Shown piece after piece: positions 1-14,700 of a stretch of DNA of 64,000 nucleotides. The translations under genes were made by a program, and so were the position numbers. The notes under the pieces were generated by a model. It had not been told where the DNA came from, did not search any database, and saw only the letters and a list, made by a program, of their open reading frames with translations. Source of the stretch: Ramazzottius varieornatus (taxonomy: Eukaryota; Animalia; Tardigrada); contig BDGG01000001.1 in assembly GCA_001949185.1 (NCBI GenBank), forward strand, positions 6,779,280 through 6,843,279. Reading direction: 5' to 3'. Each line of letters opens with the position of its first letter. The first letter of the stretch is position 1.

Positions 1-3000
1 GCAGGGTAGGTGCGATCAATCGACCGACGAGACCGGACTGCCGGTACTGCAAGGACGTCAGCTTGATCCAGTCAGGCCACTTGCCCTGGTTGCACCGATG
101 CACAAACTGGGCGCATTCCAGAAGGAAGGCAGCGCGGGATAGGACTGGTGCTTGAAGGTCCAACATCGCCGACAGAACGGATGGCTCGGGCAAGGTCCCT
201 GGTGGACAGAAGTCAAGGAGGACGCCGAGGCTACGCATACCGGTAGTCAACGCGCGGACGTTGAGGATGAAGGCAATCTTGGAAGGTGTGGTGGTTGGTG
301 GAGCTTCTTCGCTTTTACTCCGACGAAGTATGCCTAAAGGCATTTCGAGTTATGCACGGAACGTTCTTACATGCAATACGCAAAAACTGGCAAGGTCGCA
401 AACAGTTTCCCTGCGTGGTTCATGTCACTAGTCTTAACGAGAAAACAAGCAGCCATAACAATCAAATCGACTCAGTTACTGTACACGCATGATGAGAAAG
501 TTTAGTACAGCGGAACGAATGTTTGTACCTACGTACGTGTGCAAAATTCACACCGATGCGGTTTTTGACAGCTTTCTACGGTTGATTTCTCACTTTGCCG
601 TCTTTTCCGCCTGTTTCAAACTTTTTACTGTTCCAAACTTTCCCTTCGTGCGCGTGTGATATGTTTTACCGCTTATTTCTTCTTCTCTGGCATTGTAGTC
701 CGCTATCCGTTTGTGTCGAAGTGACGGTAGGCTAATTTGACCGGTTGACTTGAACGACAGTCTGTGTTTCATGTGTTCGGGGTTGGTCTTCTCCAGACTC
801 TGCTGTCTCGAGCCTTCCCCCGAAGAGTTCCCATCAGGTCCTGACGCAAGTGACATCGAAGTCTCCAGAGTTCCTCTTCGCGAGTCGCGACTACCCTGAC
901 TCGACTTTGGCGATTTTAGCCAGCGGTGTCGCATACCCAGTCCATGCTTCTTTTTTCTGGCACCCGGTGAGTGGGGAACAGCGATAGACTCGTCTTCGGA
1001 TAAACTAACCCTGGGAGACTTCGAGCTTGTCATACCTAAACGGCCAAAATCCGACGTTAGTGTCGTAAAGAAAGATATTCTAAAACAATAGAGCGAATTC
1101 ACAAAGAACCACAATAGAAACCGAGAGTTATGTAAACTGAGCGGATAACTTAGGCAACCTTGTTTTCTTTATTTGTCGAATCAAGGATTCGGGGAGCAAG
1201 TGTAGCCTACCTTTAAGGTTACTCTCGCTGTTTTCTCTGGATTGCATAGGTTTCAAAAAGACCTTCTGTTTTTTGGCGAATATGCCGCGCAAGTATCCCG
1301 CGGAAGCTGACGCGCCACTTGTGTTGACGTCGCCCTCGAACGGGCTGTCGTCAGTGTGTTCGTTGTCATCTTGTGTGGCGGCACGACCAGCTTCCGAGTC
1401 CAGACGGGAATGTCGGATAAGAGGCTTTCTTTTGTGCTGCTGGGAGGCTGGTTGTTGATTAAGCTGCAGATGAAGGGTGGTTGGAGTGTCGGGTCGTGAC
1501 TTGATGTGCAGCGAGGTGCCGGCTTGTGATGATGGCTGAGGTGGCATGATGGATGAGGGCGGGTACTGCTGCGACTCCATCACACCCGACATGACAACGC
1601 GCCGAAAGATGCTATCATAAGCTTCCTTTATGTATGTCAGTAATGAGCGCAGATCGTTCTGAAGACCCTGCCAATCATAAGAAATACCATCGTGTGTTCA
1701 AGAAGGCCTTTCAACCACCGCAATTCGTCACAATCAAAACGTCTGAAATTAGTCACATCATACCGTCACCAAATCAGACAATGGAAAAACAGACCGAAAT
1801 GCTTCTTAAAAAATTCTGGATACAAACCAACGCAGTAGCCTCAAAAATCAACGCAGTAGCCAAATGGTTTGTGCAGTTTTAATGCACATTCCACAGATTT
1901 TCCCAGTCGGGGCCGTAAGGGGATATTCGTGCGACTTACCATATTTTCAGGACGCTTGATGACGTCCATCCTGTCAATCAGTTGGGTTATTATGGGCTTT
2001 GTTGCTTGTGCAGCCACTATAAACGGAACAATAGCAGGGTTAAAAATATACGTTTCTAACTTGTCGCTGGTGGCACCTCTTTCGTGATGTACCCTCCTTG
2101 CTCTAAAATAGACTTGATTGCCAGTATGTATTGTTACCCCAGGAAAGTGTCTTTTTCATCGGTTTAGAAATCCGCGATTGATCTTGAGCGACAGGACTGA
2201 CGCAGCTGCTGAAGAAGGCGTGACAGAACTCGACAATAACAGCCAGTTCGTGCTTGATGAACATGTTTCTGAAGAACCGTTTAGCTTCAGGCTCGTTCAA
2301 GGTTTGTAAGCGGTGGATCAGTGAATAGGCTTGACGACGCATGTATTCCACAGGATTATTCCTGCTTTGCTGGATATCTTTTCCGCATCCGTACGGACAT
2401 CCAATTATTACAAAAATTCTACGGAAAAACACAATGGGGAAACTGCAGAAAAATGGTGGACTGGAAGTTTACAAAATTTATGATCCATCGAAAGTTATGT
2501 GGGAAGGTTTACGGAGAAACAAAGTCGAAGTTTGGCACACGCGCCTGGCCTAAGTGTGGGGATGGACAAAAATGTGGGGAACGGAGCGAAAGCGACTGTG
2601 CTTTGATTGATTTAATTGATCGGTCAACCACAGCTGGCCCGTGTCGCTTTCGCTCCGTTTTCCACATTTTTGTCCATCCCCATTTTTGGGCCAGGCACAT
2701 GTACTGTAACGTTTTTGTATACCAGCAGGTTAGAATGGACCACTGGAACAGAAACCCGGGTACCATTGCATGTGATGTGATGTGTTGACCGCTTGGTTTC
2801 TATTTGAGAGGCTCAAACTCAACTTTTTACCGGAAATGTGCTTACCTGGTGGTGCATGAAAGAACTAGACGGAAGATTGTGGGATCCAGGCTGATGAGCT
2901 GGGGGGTGGAGGAGGCAGTGGGGAGGGTAGAAAGCATGTCGGTATCGGGCGAAAGCTGCTGCAGAGTGTGGCCGGGAAGCACACTAACATTTTGATTCAC

Positions 3001-6000
3001 ATCCAATAAAGTATCAAGTAAGACTTCAAGAACACTTAAGGCAACATCACAGATTCTTTGGCTTGGTCGCTCGTTCAAGGCCACGAGTATGGCACGCGCC
3101 ACGGCTTGATAATTGAGCTGGCCATCATCCTGGATCAGGTTGGTGGCACCGCGTGCTTCTTGGTATTCCGAGAGCGGATAGGCAATACTGGAGTCGGTTT
3201 TGCTCCGCTGCAACCCCATCTCCTCTCCCCGCTCCTCCTCACCGGCTGACGCTGTCCCAGCTGGACTGTTTTCCGTCGTTATCGTAATCCTTGGATAACT
3301 CTTTCCTGTAATGCACCAGTCCCGTTGTTATTTTCCCATGACAAAGCACAATAAATTCGGAAAAATCTGACAACCCTTCCAAGACAAAAATTCGCTTACT
3401 GCGAGAAGAATGAAAATTTCAGTGTCTAAATTCCCGAAATTCAATGTTTTTTGCACTCATTACAATTTTTAGCTTCTGTGGTGACATATTAGCGCAACAC
3501 TCGACATTTTTCTACCTTTGCAATGCACAGAATGGTGTTTGTATCACTGACTGAGCTTGTTTGTAGGCACGAACCTGCTCGGAATAAAGGACCCCGATCC
3601 TTCGGAGTGACCGGGTTGGAAGACGAAAAAGGAGAAAGAGCCGACTTGGTCGTGGTGGTTGGCGAAGAATAATACTTTTCCTCATCGCCAAAGGCGAACA
3701 TGACGTCCTGATGTTTGAGAGGCAAGCCCGGCGTACTGACTGGCGAAACATCTTCCTGCCTGGCCGATAAAGTTTGCCCGCCAATAAAGAACTTGGGTTT
3801 TGCTTCTTCCGCGTTCATCCTTCTCTTTTTCGAATTGACGTCTTTCGGAGCCAGATAGTCCGCCCTTCGGGGAGTTCGCACTTCGCCCAGCGTTTTCTTC
3901 AACGACGGTACAGAGTTACTCCGTTGCCTGACTGTCCCCGTGCGTTGATAGTAGTCACGGATTTCCAGCAGTCGGTTGTAGAAATATCGCAAGGCCCAAA
4001 ACATGCCTTCTTCCGACCATGGGGGGACGTAGAGGCACCGGAGGACGGCAACGTCGAACAGAGTGGCTACGCTGACATCACGAGCTGGCTGGGAGCGCGT
4101 CTCGGTCATCTGCGAATGAATAGACATCTCCAGCTTGTTGTGCAGGAACTCCTTGTCGATAGGCGAAGTATGGTTACGGGTAGGCAGGGCTACAGGTTCA
4201 ACGGCACCGGTCAAGAACGCGGAAGCGGCCAGGGAAGCTTGCTGAGCAAGAGCGGAGGCGGCGGAAGAAAGCAGGGGAGCCATGACTGGACGGTCTCGAC
4301 GTCGACGATGACCACATTTACACCTACAAAATATATTTCCATAACCATCCAGTCTAATGGAAGGCTGAGCGCGAAAAACATTTATCTGTTGACATCCTCA
4401 CTTTTGTTGGAACGCCCTTCCCTGTATTTACGTGAAGTTTGTGCAACAACAGCAGTGAACTAAACCTACTGCCCTTTTTCTGCTTATTTTTGGAAAATCT
4501 GATTTCTACCACGGACGAACGTGAAATTAGCATACCGTAAGAGTTCTTTTTCTGCTGGCTGAATTTTGGTATTGCAGAATTCACAGATATATTCGAGAGT
4601 CGGCGTTAGAGTCCCCGGGGTCTCCAAGGTGGTCAGGGTGCATATCTCGCTCATGTGAGCCAGTGGTGCCCCTGAATGTGGCGCAGTCTTGGCTCGCTGT
4701 AGTGCTTCTTTGGCGGCTGCCGCTTCCTCGACGTTTCTTTCCGGCTCTGCCAGAAGGAATCCTTCGTCCACTTGTGCTCCGGTGTAGATGTCCCCCACAT
4801 TCCCTAACCCAGAAGGTCCGATCTCCATCTCCGACATGGTATCGTTGGTGTTGCGGGTAGGCTTGGCCGGTGCAGTGAAGAGTGGAATGTCGGGTTGACG
4901 GTACTCCCACAAGGGCTGCCATAACCGCAGTCCGTTCTCCAGCCGGTTGGTCCGACCCGCCCTCTCGCTGGATCGAAAGTCGGAGGGATCGAGTTGAGGC
5001 AGCAACGGAGCAAAGAGGTAGACCAGAACCTGTAACGAGAAGAGGTGTCAATATGATCACAGCTTAGCACGCATGGGTTCTTTTGGTCGTTTCGCGATGA
5101 CGTCAGTATAGAGTACCAATCATGGGCTCAACACAGGCAATCAGCCCTTTAATCCTTCTGACACTTGGACGGCTTGGTGCAAAAATAACATTAAGCCGTC
5201 ACACGAGATTTACCATGAAATCAATGTGAGGTATATTTTTGTCATTTAAAAATGCTCATACCTGTAGAGAGGTGATTGGAAAGAGGTAGGGCTCGTTTGA
5301 AGGCGCGCCATTGTGATGGGGATACAAGGAACTGCGTCGTCCGGTGGGGGCGGGTCGCTCTTGACGAGCCGAGTCGACGCAGTCGGCAGCGGCGTCGAGA
5401 AGGAGGTAGTGGAGGGTGTATAAAAGTTTGGTCGTGTTGGGACCGAGAGGTGCGGCGGGAGGAGCTGTCGAGGGCTGGCCAGACACCGAAGGGTCGTCGC
5501 GATCGGCATCGCCAGCAGCAGACTGGTTCAGACTGCGGCGCGGCTGGCTCTCCAGCGTCGACGCACAACAGTGCATCACATAGGGCAGGGCGGCCACAAT
5601 AAATCTCCATCGTGGAATACTAAGTATGGCGTCCGATAAACTCGGTGAAAGACCGTGAAGGTTATTCTGTACTAAGATGCGTTCAAATGTCTACGAGGAA
5701 AATAAACAAAAGGTTACATACTGCATGCAGTGCTCTTAGTAAATTTCCAAAATGCCACAGCTTCTTCATCTGGACAAAACTGGGTGGATTTCGATACAGA
5801 CACATTGTTCTCTACTTCATTTGGTGTCTCGAATTCGTTCTTTTTCCTGGTATAACGGAAATCTTGATTGGTTGACGATCTGCTTTACGAATGCACCTTC
5901 GAGTTTGTGCTTTACAGGTTTGTGGTTAACTGCGACCTCGGCCCTCAGTCTAATGCATGGCGTAAGGAATAAATGCTCTCGATAGATGCTGAAAATGAGA

Positions 6001-9000
6001 AATTGCTGATATACATATCAGTCTCCGGTGAACCTGAGGAACATTGTGTTCATCAGGTGTTCATCAGGCCTTGTAGAACATCCCTCTCTACATTAGGCTT
6101 TCGTAACATTCTCCACGTTATTTACCAACGTTTTTGGGGCCTAGCGCAATAAATAGGCATCGCTGGGTTTTTCGCACCTTGTTTGGAAACAAATTGGTTG
6201 AAGAAGAGATGACAGAAAATTCGTACAAAGGGAGATCAGGAAGATTTTGAATGACTATATTCCAGAATTTTCTCTCTGCACTGTTCTAAGGACTTGGTTG
6301 ATGAAGGCTTACGTGAAATGCTTAGCTGAGGGATCATGCGGATAGTATCGAAACCGAAAAACCGAAAAGCATGTCGTGGTCCACTTTTTCGTTTTACAAT
6401 AAACCGTTTTTTAAAACGCCGTATGGTGATCGTGCTCACGCCAGCATGCGCCACTTTGGTGCGGTAAGAGGTATTGCTTTCCACAGCCGTTTAATTCCGC
6501 GGGAACTTCTCAACGAGAAAGTCAATGAGGACCTCAATGTTGCAAATTTTTCTGAAGGTTAGACAGTGAACTAAATTCACTGAGAGTTTTGAGATAGAGA
6601 TACTGTGAGTGAGTCCAGCTTTCGATTAAAAGGATGAAATTTCCGATCTGGTTATCCTCTGAAAGAAAGTGGGTAACGGCGAGCCGAGTTTTCATACGAT
6701 CGATTGCTAGCCAAAATGTTCAGGAAACGAGTTTGAAGACCTCAAGGGCAATCCGGTACGGATAATGGGATCTAGTGTGATAAACATCTGGGAACACGAT
6801 TGTGAAATTTATGTGGCCGTCTGACCAGTGGTCAGATGGCTACGTCAGGAAACTATGAAAGGGTTCGCTCTTTGAACTGAAGCAGTTTTGACGTCATACA
6901 GCGTGAGAATGCGCCGCCATCTGTTCGGACGCAGAACCCCCATGCGGCAGTACTGTAATCACCCCCAGGATTATCGGGAATATCTTTCTAAAACGGCGAA
7001 TAGTTTTGTGGAACTTCTTTCCGTGGCGGAGCGTGGCGGCTCTACCACTTAACAGCCTAGAGTATTCTGATAACCTGATGTCAAAAATTTTCAGACGGGA
7101 AAGCTCAGTTGTTGGAAATTCTTCTCCTTGCTGCAAAATTTTTGATAGCTTTTCGTATCAACGATTGCTGGACCTGTGCTAAAAGTGAGAAAGGTACAGC
7201 TTTGAGTTCAAGAAAATAGGGGAAAATTCGCCAGCTCTCGGAAGAAACACAAACTTTCAAAAACTCTGTGGTAAAAACCAAAATTTCATAGTTAAATGCC
7301 TGCTACACTGGTTAGTGGTCCGTAACGATCATGATTGCTATTGATAATTTATGGATGGGGAAAGTCAGACCTGCGGGGTTATGGTTCAATGGCCTACAGT
7401 CACGTCTGGAGCTTGGATGTCGGGATTACGTAAACAGGTTTCAGATATGCAAATGTACCCCCTCTCCTCTTCCTGGTCAGACTGATGATGTGGAAAATAA
7501 CCATAGTCTGGAACGGTGCTGGTTGGGGGAACCCGAACTTGAACTTGAACATGAAAGGTTAAGCATGTCTTGCTTTGAACCACTTCCACACTCGAGCTTG
7601 ATGTTACTTGTGATATTATAATCGAAAATTTAGGATGGCGTCCAGGAAGGGATTCTTCCCGCGCAGAAGCCACTGAAGGCCGTAGGAGGAAGTTCAACGA
7701 AACAACAGAAAGGGCTTACGTTTAGGCTGTAAAGTAGTGCCGGGCACTTACCACACAAGATGCCTCTTGCAATTTCCGGTTGTATGGACGGACAAAAGGA
7801 CTGCAAAGGAAGAAACAATTAGTACCAGGAATAATCAGATCGCGCTCGTGGTACAGTCTGTGTAACATTTTAACAGGCTACATGCACAGACTGCCGCTGC
7901 CTTTTCTCCGGGCACTGCCAGCGACACTCCCGTTCACTGGATGCACTGCTTTTTGGCTAAGTGCACGGCATGGGTACAACCTTCGCAACACAGTGATTTC
8001 GAAGGTTGTCGGCGAGCGAAAGTAAATCTGATTCTGACTCGTTGCAACCCCACTCTCGCTCGTTCGATAGATCATCATCAGATTTTGCTGCCTGTGTATG
8101 TTTTATGGTTGAAAAACTGATTGTCTTATTGGTGCGATTGGCAGAAGGTGCCTGTCTTGTTGTGAAAGCTGACCTCAACCAGAGAAATATTTCTGCGGCC
8201 GTGCAAGACCGTCAAATTAACTCAAATTATTTATATGCGATAGTAAAATGTTTTTAATAAATCATAAACCGGATTCAACACTTTTCATTCGCTGCTAAAC
8301 AAGCAAGTAAAAATAATACGCGAAACAGTTTCAACTTTTTGCTCCTTGGTTGATGGCGAGCCCAGTTTGTTTACTTGCCACAGTTTCCAGGCCACCAAGA
8401 AACAGAGAAATTAAAATAAATGCCTCCTGACGTGTGCCGGAATGCTGTTTCAACAAGATAGCATAAGCGGAACTTCTTCTAAGCTTCGTGCAGTGGCGTA
8501 CGTACCTGAAATCAGCTGAATTTTCATTTCAAAAACAAACGCCGGTTTCGGGGTACTTTAGATCTCTTCGAACTTGGTTTTCTCAATCACACGATCTGAA
8601 TGAAATTTTCAGACAAAACCTTCAAGAAGCCGGGCTACCTGTGTGATTTGAGAGCAGGGAAGCTACAACGGAGTTTTCTGTTGCACTGCAAATCCTATCG
8701 AAGCAATCAGAATCAACCTGTACCGTTATTTTTGAGCGAGCCTCGCATCACGTCACGGGGATGTCGGGACCGGATGTTTTGATGCCCAATCGATGTGGGC
8801 AGGTAATTGAACTGCTTCTTAATAATTATATGTTGTGCCTTCTGCGTTTCTTGGGCTCAGTCCTGCGCGCACAGTCTGATGTTTTCCGCGTTGACCGTCA
8901 TCGCAGTGCTTTCGGCAATCTCGACTTCCCATTTCTGCGTGGCTCAACGTGCGCCATTTAAAAGTTAAGCAACACATGGGACCAAAGCACCATCGAGAAA

Positions 9001-9614
9001 CCATTTAATCGATCGATAATAACCGCTTTTTGGTTGATGGCGAGCCCGAAAAGATCTCTTTTTCTCTATGATCGAAAGTCGCGAACTGAACAACGCAGGA
9101 CAGCACTGTACGCAGGGCACACACGAGCGATCACCATTGCAACGTTGCCCACTGTGGCTTTTTTACGTCAGTGTTAATGTTCTCTGACAAACGAGACTCG
9201 CTGATGGAATGTGGACGGTGCATCGGAAAACAGAGCTATAGATTACATCTACTGGCTCGCCCAGGTTTCGCTTATGACCAGGATACAGTATACGTAGAAA
9301 AACATCGGTATAAACCTTGACTGTCAAATTTTCTGATGACATGGGCCGAACTGCGACACGAACTAGTTGTCAGCCTGTCACGGCTTACGAAGTTCGCTTA
9401 AAATGGAGAGCGAGTTCTTTTTTATCAAGGCGTGGACGTTACTGAGGCACCGATTTTGTGAAAGAGCTTACCTGAACTGACGCCAAAGGAAATTCTGGAT
9501 AGGAATAGGTAAAGATTCCAAATCAGTGTTGGCATCCTTGCTGGTGGCGGTAGTATTGGGATGGACAGAGACGTCAGTGGTTTGGTGCAGTGCATGGTCT
9601 TTCCGTTTGGGCAT
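1..9614 (-). CDS. unc-80: UNC80, NALCN channel complex subunit; multi-exon, 5' part only (continues beyond position 1)
   Basis: Spliced N-terminus reads MPKRKD...ESLPIPIQNFLWRQFS (exon 9614-9472), PFVRPYNRKLQEASCV (7800-7752), TFERILVQNNLHGLSPSLSDAILSIPRWRFIVAALPYVMHC...TKLLYTLHYLLLDA (5690 to ~5262), then RLENGLRLWQPLWEYRQPDIPLFTAPAKP and LFDVAVLRCL..WSEEGMFWALRY. Near position 1 it reads VLSRAAFLLECAQFVHRCNQGKWPDWIK. All of these match conserved UNC80 blocks, and the first exon junctions are canonical GT-AG. Internal exon boundaries were not all resolved. Confidence 0.93.
481..658. mobile_element. MITE family A copy (degenerate), in an unc-80 intron
   Basis: Starts GTACACGCATGATGAGAAA and ends TTTTTACTGTTCCAAACTTTCCCTTCGTGCGCGTG. 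The internal TTTCTACGGTTGATTT...CTTTTCCGCCTGT matches the copies at 16014, 18788 and 23695. Confidence 0.7.
2536..2704. mobile_element. MITE family B copy (long hairpin), in an unc-80 intron
   Basis: ~55-bp inverted arms GCCTGGCC..GGGGATGGACAAAAATGTGG..AACGGAGCGAAAGCGAC / GTCGCTTTCGCTCCGTT..CCACATTTTTGTCCATCCCC..GGCCAGGC around a ~45-nt loop. Confidence 0.75.
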
Positions 9615-11534
9615 ATCAGAGGGATGTTAGGTGTGGTAGGTATACAGTGGTGCTCTACAACTGCCGGCCGGACACTGTAATGATCGTCTGTGGAACAATA
9701 ATAGTCCACAAAAGAAGCCTTGAAGGAATGGTGTTGACGCCGATACATGCATATGGTCGGCTGGGACATATCATGGATGATATCAGGGACAAGCTCCACC
9801 ACTCACACGACCTCCCGACCTGTAAATTTCGTATTCACCAGGACTCAATGTACGCACTCTAGCAAAGTCGGTCACCGTCACAAAATGTGATGATATTCCA
9901 CAGATAAAATAATATTGGCTGTAATAGCAGCTGGATCAATGTAGAAAAAGGATTTCAGTCGTGGCTGCTGTAGCTTCCTCTTCCGCATCACTTCATTCCG
10001 GCTTACTTTAGCTCCAGCATTCCCCCATCGTCTCTTCTTCATGCATCCCCAACAACATACAACAAGATATGAGACAATGAATGACGTTAAAGTAGAAGGA
10101 ACTGCTGAGGTTGTAAGATGTGGTATCTTCAATGGCAACACATCAAAAAGCCGCGGGCTGTTTTTCCCAGGACGCCGACCTTCCACCACTGAGGGTCATA
10201 TCCGTCACATTGATCAATATTGCACAGTCCACGACGCATAGATCAGCAAATCTAAAACGAGAAAAACGTGTTAGATACTGGGAGGGGAAAGATCGTAATA
10301 CCCTATATGTACGTACAGTCAAGGGAGGAAATCAAGCGTGGTAATCCGCAAACCATCTCTATCCTACATACAGCCTGAGCGGTGCTCTGAGTTCGACAAA
10401 TTCGGCGAGGTGAAAGGCAGATGAGATTGAATTGGATTGAAAATTAATTTTGGCCTCGGCAGTAAGGAAGGTTCGAATGGTAATGCGGGAAGACGTAACA
10501 GAAAATCTGGGGTGTTCCTTATCGCTGATCATGGGCGCGTGCGAGGTATACTAAGAAAAGCGGCATGGTGAAGTCTACTACAGAGTATAGGAAACTGCCT
10601 ATTGCCTGAGCAAGGCGGCCCAGCCCGGCTGGCGATTGCTGGCTTGTGCCCTGCATGGAACTATCGGATGGGGAGTGTGGATGGCGTCAGGCACAAGAGC
10701 CATAATTACGGGAAGTGACAAGAAGGATATGTACCCAGTCTTGGGTGAGGAAAGAGTGCACGGATGGCAGCTAGTCTAGGAGCTGTGGCAGGAAGATGTG
10801 ACAAGAGCCAACTGTGAGTGAGTGGGTGCTAGCAGAAATACTATATGGCCTCTACAGCTCCAAAACCCCATCTCAAACATTTGCCGGTTTTCACAACCAA
10901 CTCTCTTCAACCAGCTTCCTCACTCCCTACACGTCGATATTACGATAATGTGATGGCACCAGAAATGACATACGTAGTGTACCGCACTGTATCTTGCGTC
11001 ATAACATTTTCCAACAAAGGGAAGAACCTATGTTTACTGACAATGTTCGAGGTCCTGTATACCGACTGTAGCTATTGTTTGTTTCTCAGCCTTCCGGATC
11101 CTGAAACTATAGGTCAGGAGTACATCTGAAGTGTCATCTATCGACAACGAAAATGAAAGTATCAACAAAACGAGGTCCTCCAGAGGTATTCCGGGTAATG
11201 CTCGTTTGATGTGACACCAAGGAACACCGGCATTACATGATATGGTACGTTACAATTAGGTTTCTTTTTTGTAGAATAAGTTAATAATATAATAGACAAC
11301 TGTCTGAGAGTAGAATATGCAATAATTTCTTTTATATCTGAGTCATCAGGATTTGAGTAACCGCATTGCTGTCGTGGTCCTGGCAGCGAGGAAAAAACGT
11401 TCTACATCTCTGCAATTGAATAGCAAATCAGGATTGACATTTGATGTGGAGGACAAACAAACGCATATCCCAATACACACATGAGCAGTTCACATACAGG
11501 GCCATGTGGGTTCGCCAGCTTGTACAGACGGTTA

Positions 11535-11703
11535 ACGTACTTTGCCAACTGTCGGCATGGACAAGTATTAGCAGCGGCTCGCAGGCGGTATACGGGCCAG
11601 CTAGGGATAATAACCAATCAAATAAATCAACCTAAGTAGTGCCGCTTTCGCTCCGTTGCCAATAATTTTGTCCATGCCAATAATTATGCGAAGTACGTGT
11701 ATA
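11535..11703. mobile_element. MITE family B copy
   Basis: The right arm CCGCTTTCGCTCCGTTGCCAATAATTTTGTCCATGCCAATAATTATGCGAAGTACGTGTA resembles the 2536-2704 arm. A degenerate complementary left arm starts CGTACTTTGCC..GGCATGGACAA. Confidence 0.6.
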
Positions 11704-14700
11704 CACAGACGAGGTGCTACAGACTATATGGCCAGCCAAAGTCGTTGCCTTTACAGTATCCGCGGATATCTATCGCTTTTTTGTCAGCCTGCCTTCGCAG
11801 GGTTCCTTCCTTACTTGCCTCGGCACCATCCAGTTTGGTTGGCACACTGGAGGAAGGCCCGGCAATGAGGGTGATAACATTACAGATGTGGAGATATATC
11901 ACAGCTGCCGGCTAGTAAGAAGGAAGCCGGGCCGGTTGGGCTGGCTGATGAGTCCTCCGCTCCGTCTTTGTCACCACACGTCGGGCTTGCACATGGCTCT
12001 TCGGCACGATACTCGAGAGCCATAGCCTTTCATCCTGCAACAAGAGCTGTAATATTGCTTCTGCTTCCTTCCTTCCTTTCTTCCCTTCCTTTCGTCCTAC
12101 TCCGTCTCTATCCTGCACGCTTCGGGGTCTCCGCTGACGACCACGCGAAGATGGAAGCAGGTCCGCGGGGCGACAAAAGCCGCGCATAACAAAAACCACA
12201 GATAAATTAGGGCCCCCAATAGTCGCTCGTAAAAGTCAGCTCAAGACAAGGTCTACAGCTCCGTAATGTGCTCTTTATAGGCTTCAGATGAACCCACTGG
12301 GATCTATCTTATCGCTCAAACAGCACGGCCAGACGTGCCCAGTGCACTATAACAGACAACGAGCCAGGCCGTTACAACGTAAACCGACCGGAAAGCCAAC
12401 CCCAGCCAACGAGCAGCCCTTATAAACTACACAGTCAAATCAATCGATCGTGCATAATTAACCAGATTAACCTAAAATCCCCTCGCCCGACCACGCATCT
12501 TCCTTCGTCCCCACCGCGTGCTTCTTTCCCGATATATTTGACCGCGGAAAAGCAAACATCCCAGAAATCCAGAGCTATGTTTGCCGTAAATGACTATTTG
12601 GAAACATACGTCCCCACGACCCAGCCTCTAAAAGGAATGGCCTTCTCTCAGTTCCAATCATCTTTCTTGTCGGAGTTTGTCAAGATTGTCTGTCCAAAAG
12701 TACATGTGTTCATTGGGATAGTTTGACAATCGCCATGACGGAATAAACACTTTTCTACGAGTATCCTATCTTTTGAGATGAAGGATACAGTGCCTACTTT
12801 GGTTACAGTTACGGTTACTGTACACTGATGCTGCGCTGTGAATGATTTTTAATTGGAGAGTTCACGGTCAACTTCCGGGTTCCGGTAAGGTGATCCAGGA
12901 TAACTGTGGATTTGAACAGACGGCAAAAGCCAACACTATCAAGTCTATACCGTATGGCAAATAAAGTATGGAGGGTGAAACTGCAGCCTATGGTTCTTGA
13001 GGAGCGATGGCTGCTTCCACTTTGGAAGCTTTCCCTAAGTCAACAAATCCAAGCGCGCCAAAAGGCCGCGCGCCGTTCTGAACGAGTTGGCTGTATGCAC
13101 CAGCAGAGTGTATAATAGACAAGATGGAAGACCTATAAATCGATCAGGTGAAAAACCTCACACATGAGAAAATTCAATTACCTTTTCGAGCTTCTCCAAA
13201 GATTGACACAGGTATCAAGGCAAGATCAGCCAACGTTATAAAGACGAAACGGAGGTATTAGCACCGGCTTAAGATGAATAGGCAGGAACAAAAGGATGAT
13301 CCCCTTTTCGGTTGGAAAATTGATGACTCTGAATAACCACAGCGAATAAACGATTCCAACAGCAATGGTTGTGATCACATTAGCTTTTTCTTAAAGGGTA
13401 AAAGAAGAAAGAAAGTCTGATCTCATTTGGGCCCATGAAATGGGAAAAGTACTAAAGTACGCGTCAATGAGAAAATGGCGTAATAACAGCCGAATATCGG
13501 CGGCGGCCTTTATCCGTACAGTACAGACCGGATCACAGAGCACTTTCGTCAAGCAGACCTTTCTTCTTCCTATCTCACACAATCCAGCTTGAGAAAAGCC
13601 TTGAGCAAAGGGGGATCGAGCAAAAGAAGGACCGCGAAACGCTGTAAAACTCCAGCCACGATATCTTTCCCAAGATGTTGGACTATAGTGACTGGTTGAC
13701 TCCGAAGAAAGGGGAACGATCGGCAAAGGAAAGAAAGGGCCGGCATACAAGAGTCGAGTTTGTTCTCTACGTATACATTATGGAAGGGACAGCTAGGCCT
13801 GGCCAGACAAATATTTGGAGCAGAGCTAAGTTAGCACGCTATCTGCCAGGGCGGTACACTGTCGTTGTCGGCTGCGGCCTTCAATCGTGTCGAACACTAG
13901 GCCAGTTTCTTCCCCTCTCTTCACTCTGCAGTTAAAGGCGAAAGTCATGCAGCGAGGAAGGAAGGATGGATGAAGCCGCATGTACCATAGCCCAAGCAAG
14001 TCATCCAGCTGTGTTGAAAGAGATTGCTGTTGGGGACGATGGGGATGGGCACTTGCCATAGACTGATACGTCGTCGCTGGAGCTACCATAGACTGACTGT
14101 CCAAAGCTAGTCTTCGATCCTTCCGCTGCCCTTCCAGCCAAGGGCCGACATACTGGCCGTATCCTGGCACGCATCAGAGAGCTGAAGCATTGCCTGATCG
14201 ATCCAAATTGCCTGTGGCACTGTTGAAGGTTTTCCCCCGCGCCGGCTCAACAGTCACTCCATCTTCCCGCCTGGACCCTTTCTTCCCTCTCTCTGTGCGT
14301 AACCTGATATGGACAGTACGTGCATGTGATTGATAAAGGACGGTACAGCCCGAGCTTTCTCGCTGTGTAAAGGCGAACTTTCAACGTGCTTTCAACACCT
14401 TTTGTCATTACTGTACATACTGCAGCAGGGCCCAAATGCCCGTAGAGAGAGTTAACGGTTGCGTCATTCTGTTATTACAGCTGCGGCAATTTTCCTTTGC
14501 GGAACTCAGGTCGCTGCATGGTCACCATAAAAAAGACGTAGATTATACATATGGGATCACTTGCTTACCACCTGGTGGGACTTGGTACTCGGGCTAGATA
14601 CTTCGGTTTCAACTGGCATCTTATGCGTACTCGAACATTACCGCATTCGCAGACGTTTTCCGCACAGCGGAAAGACATGGCTTCTGTCGTTCGTTTTACA

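Noticed and set aside
3774-5602. Long plus-strand and alternate-frame ORFs (e.g. 3774-4463, 5276-5602)
   Set aside because: These are antisense or off-frame shadows of unc-80 exons with no independent protein signal. The same applies to shadows over HERC4, ABCF2, LENG8 and the glypican.
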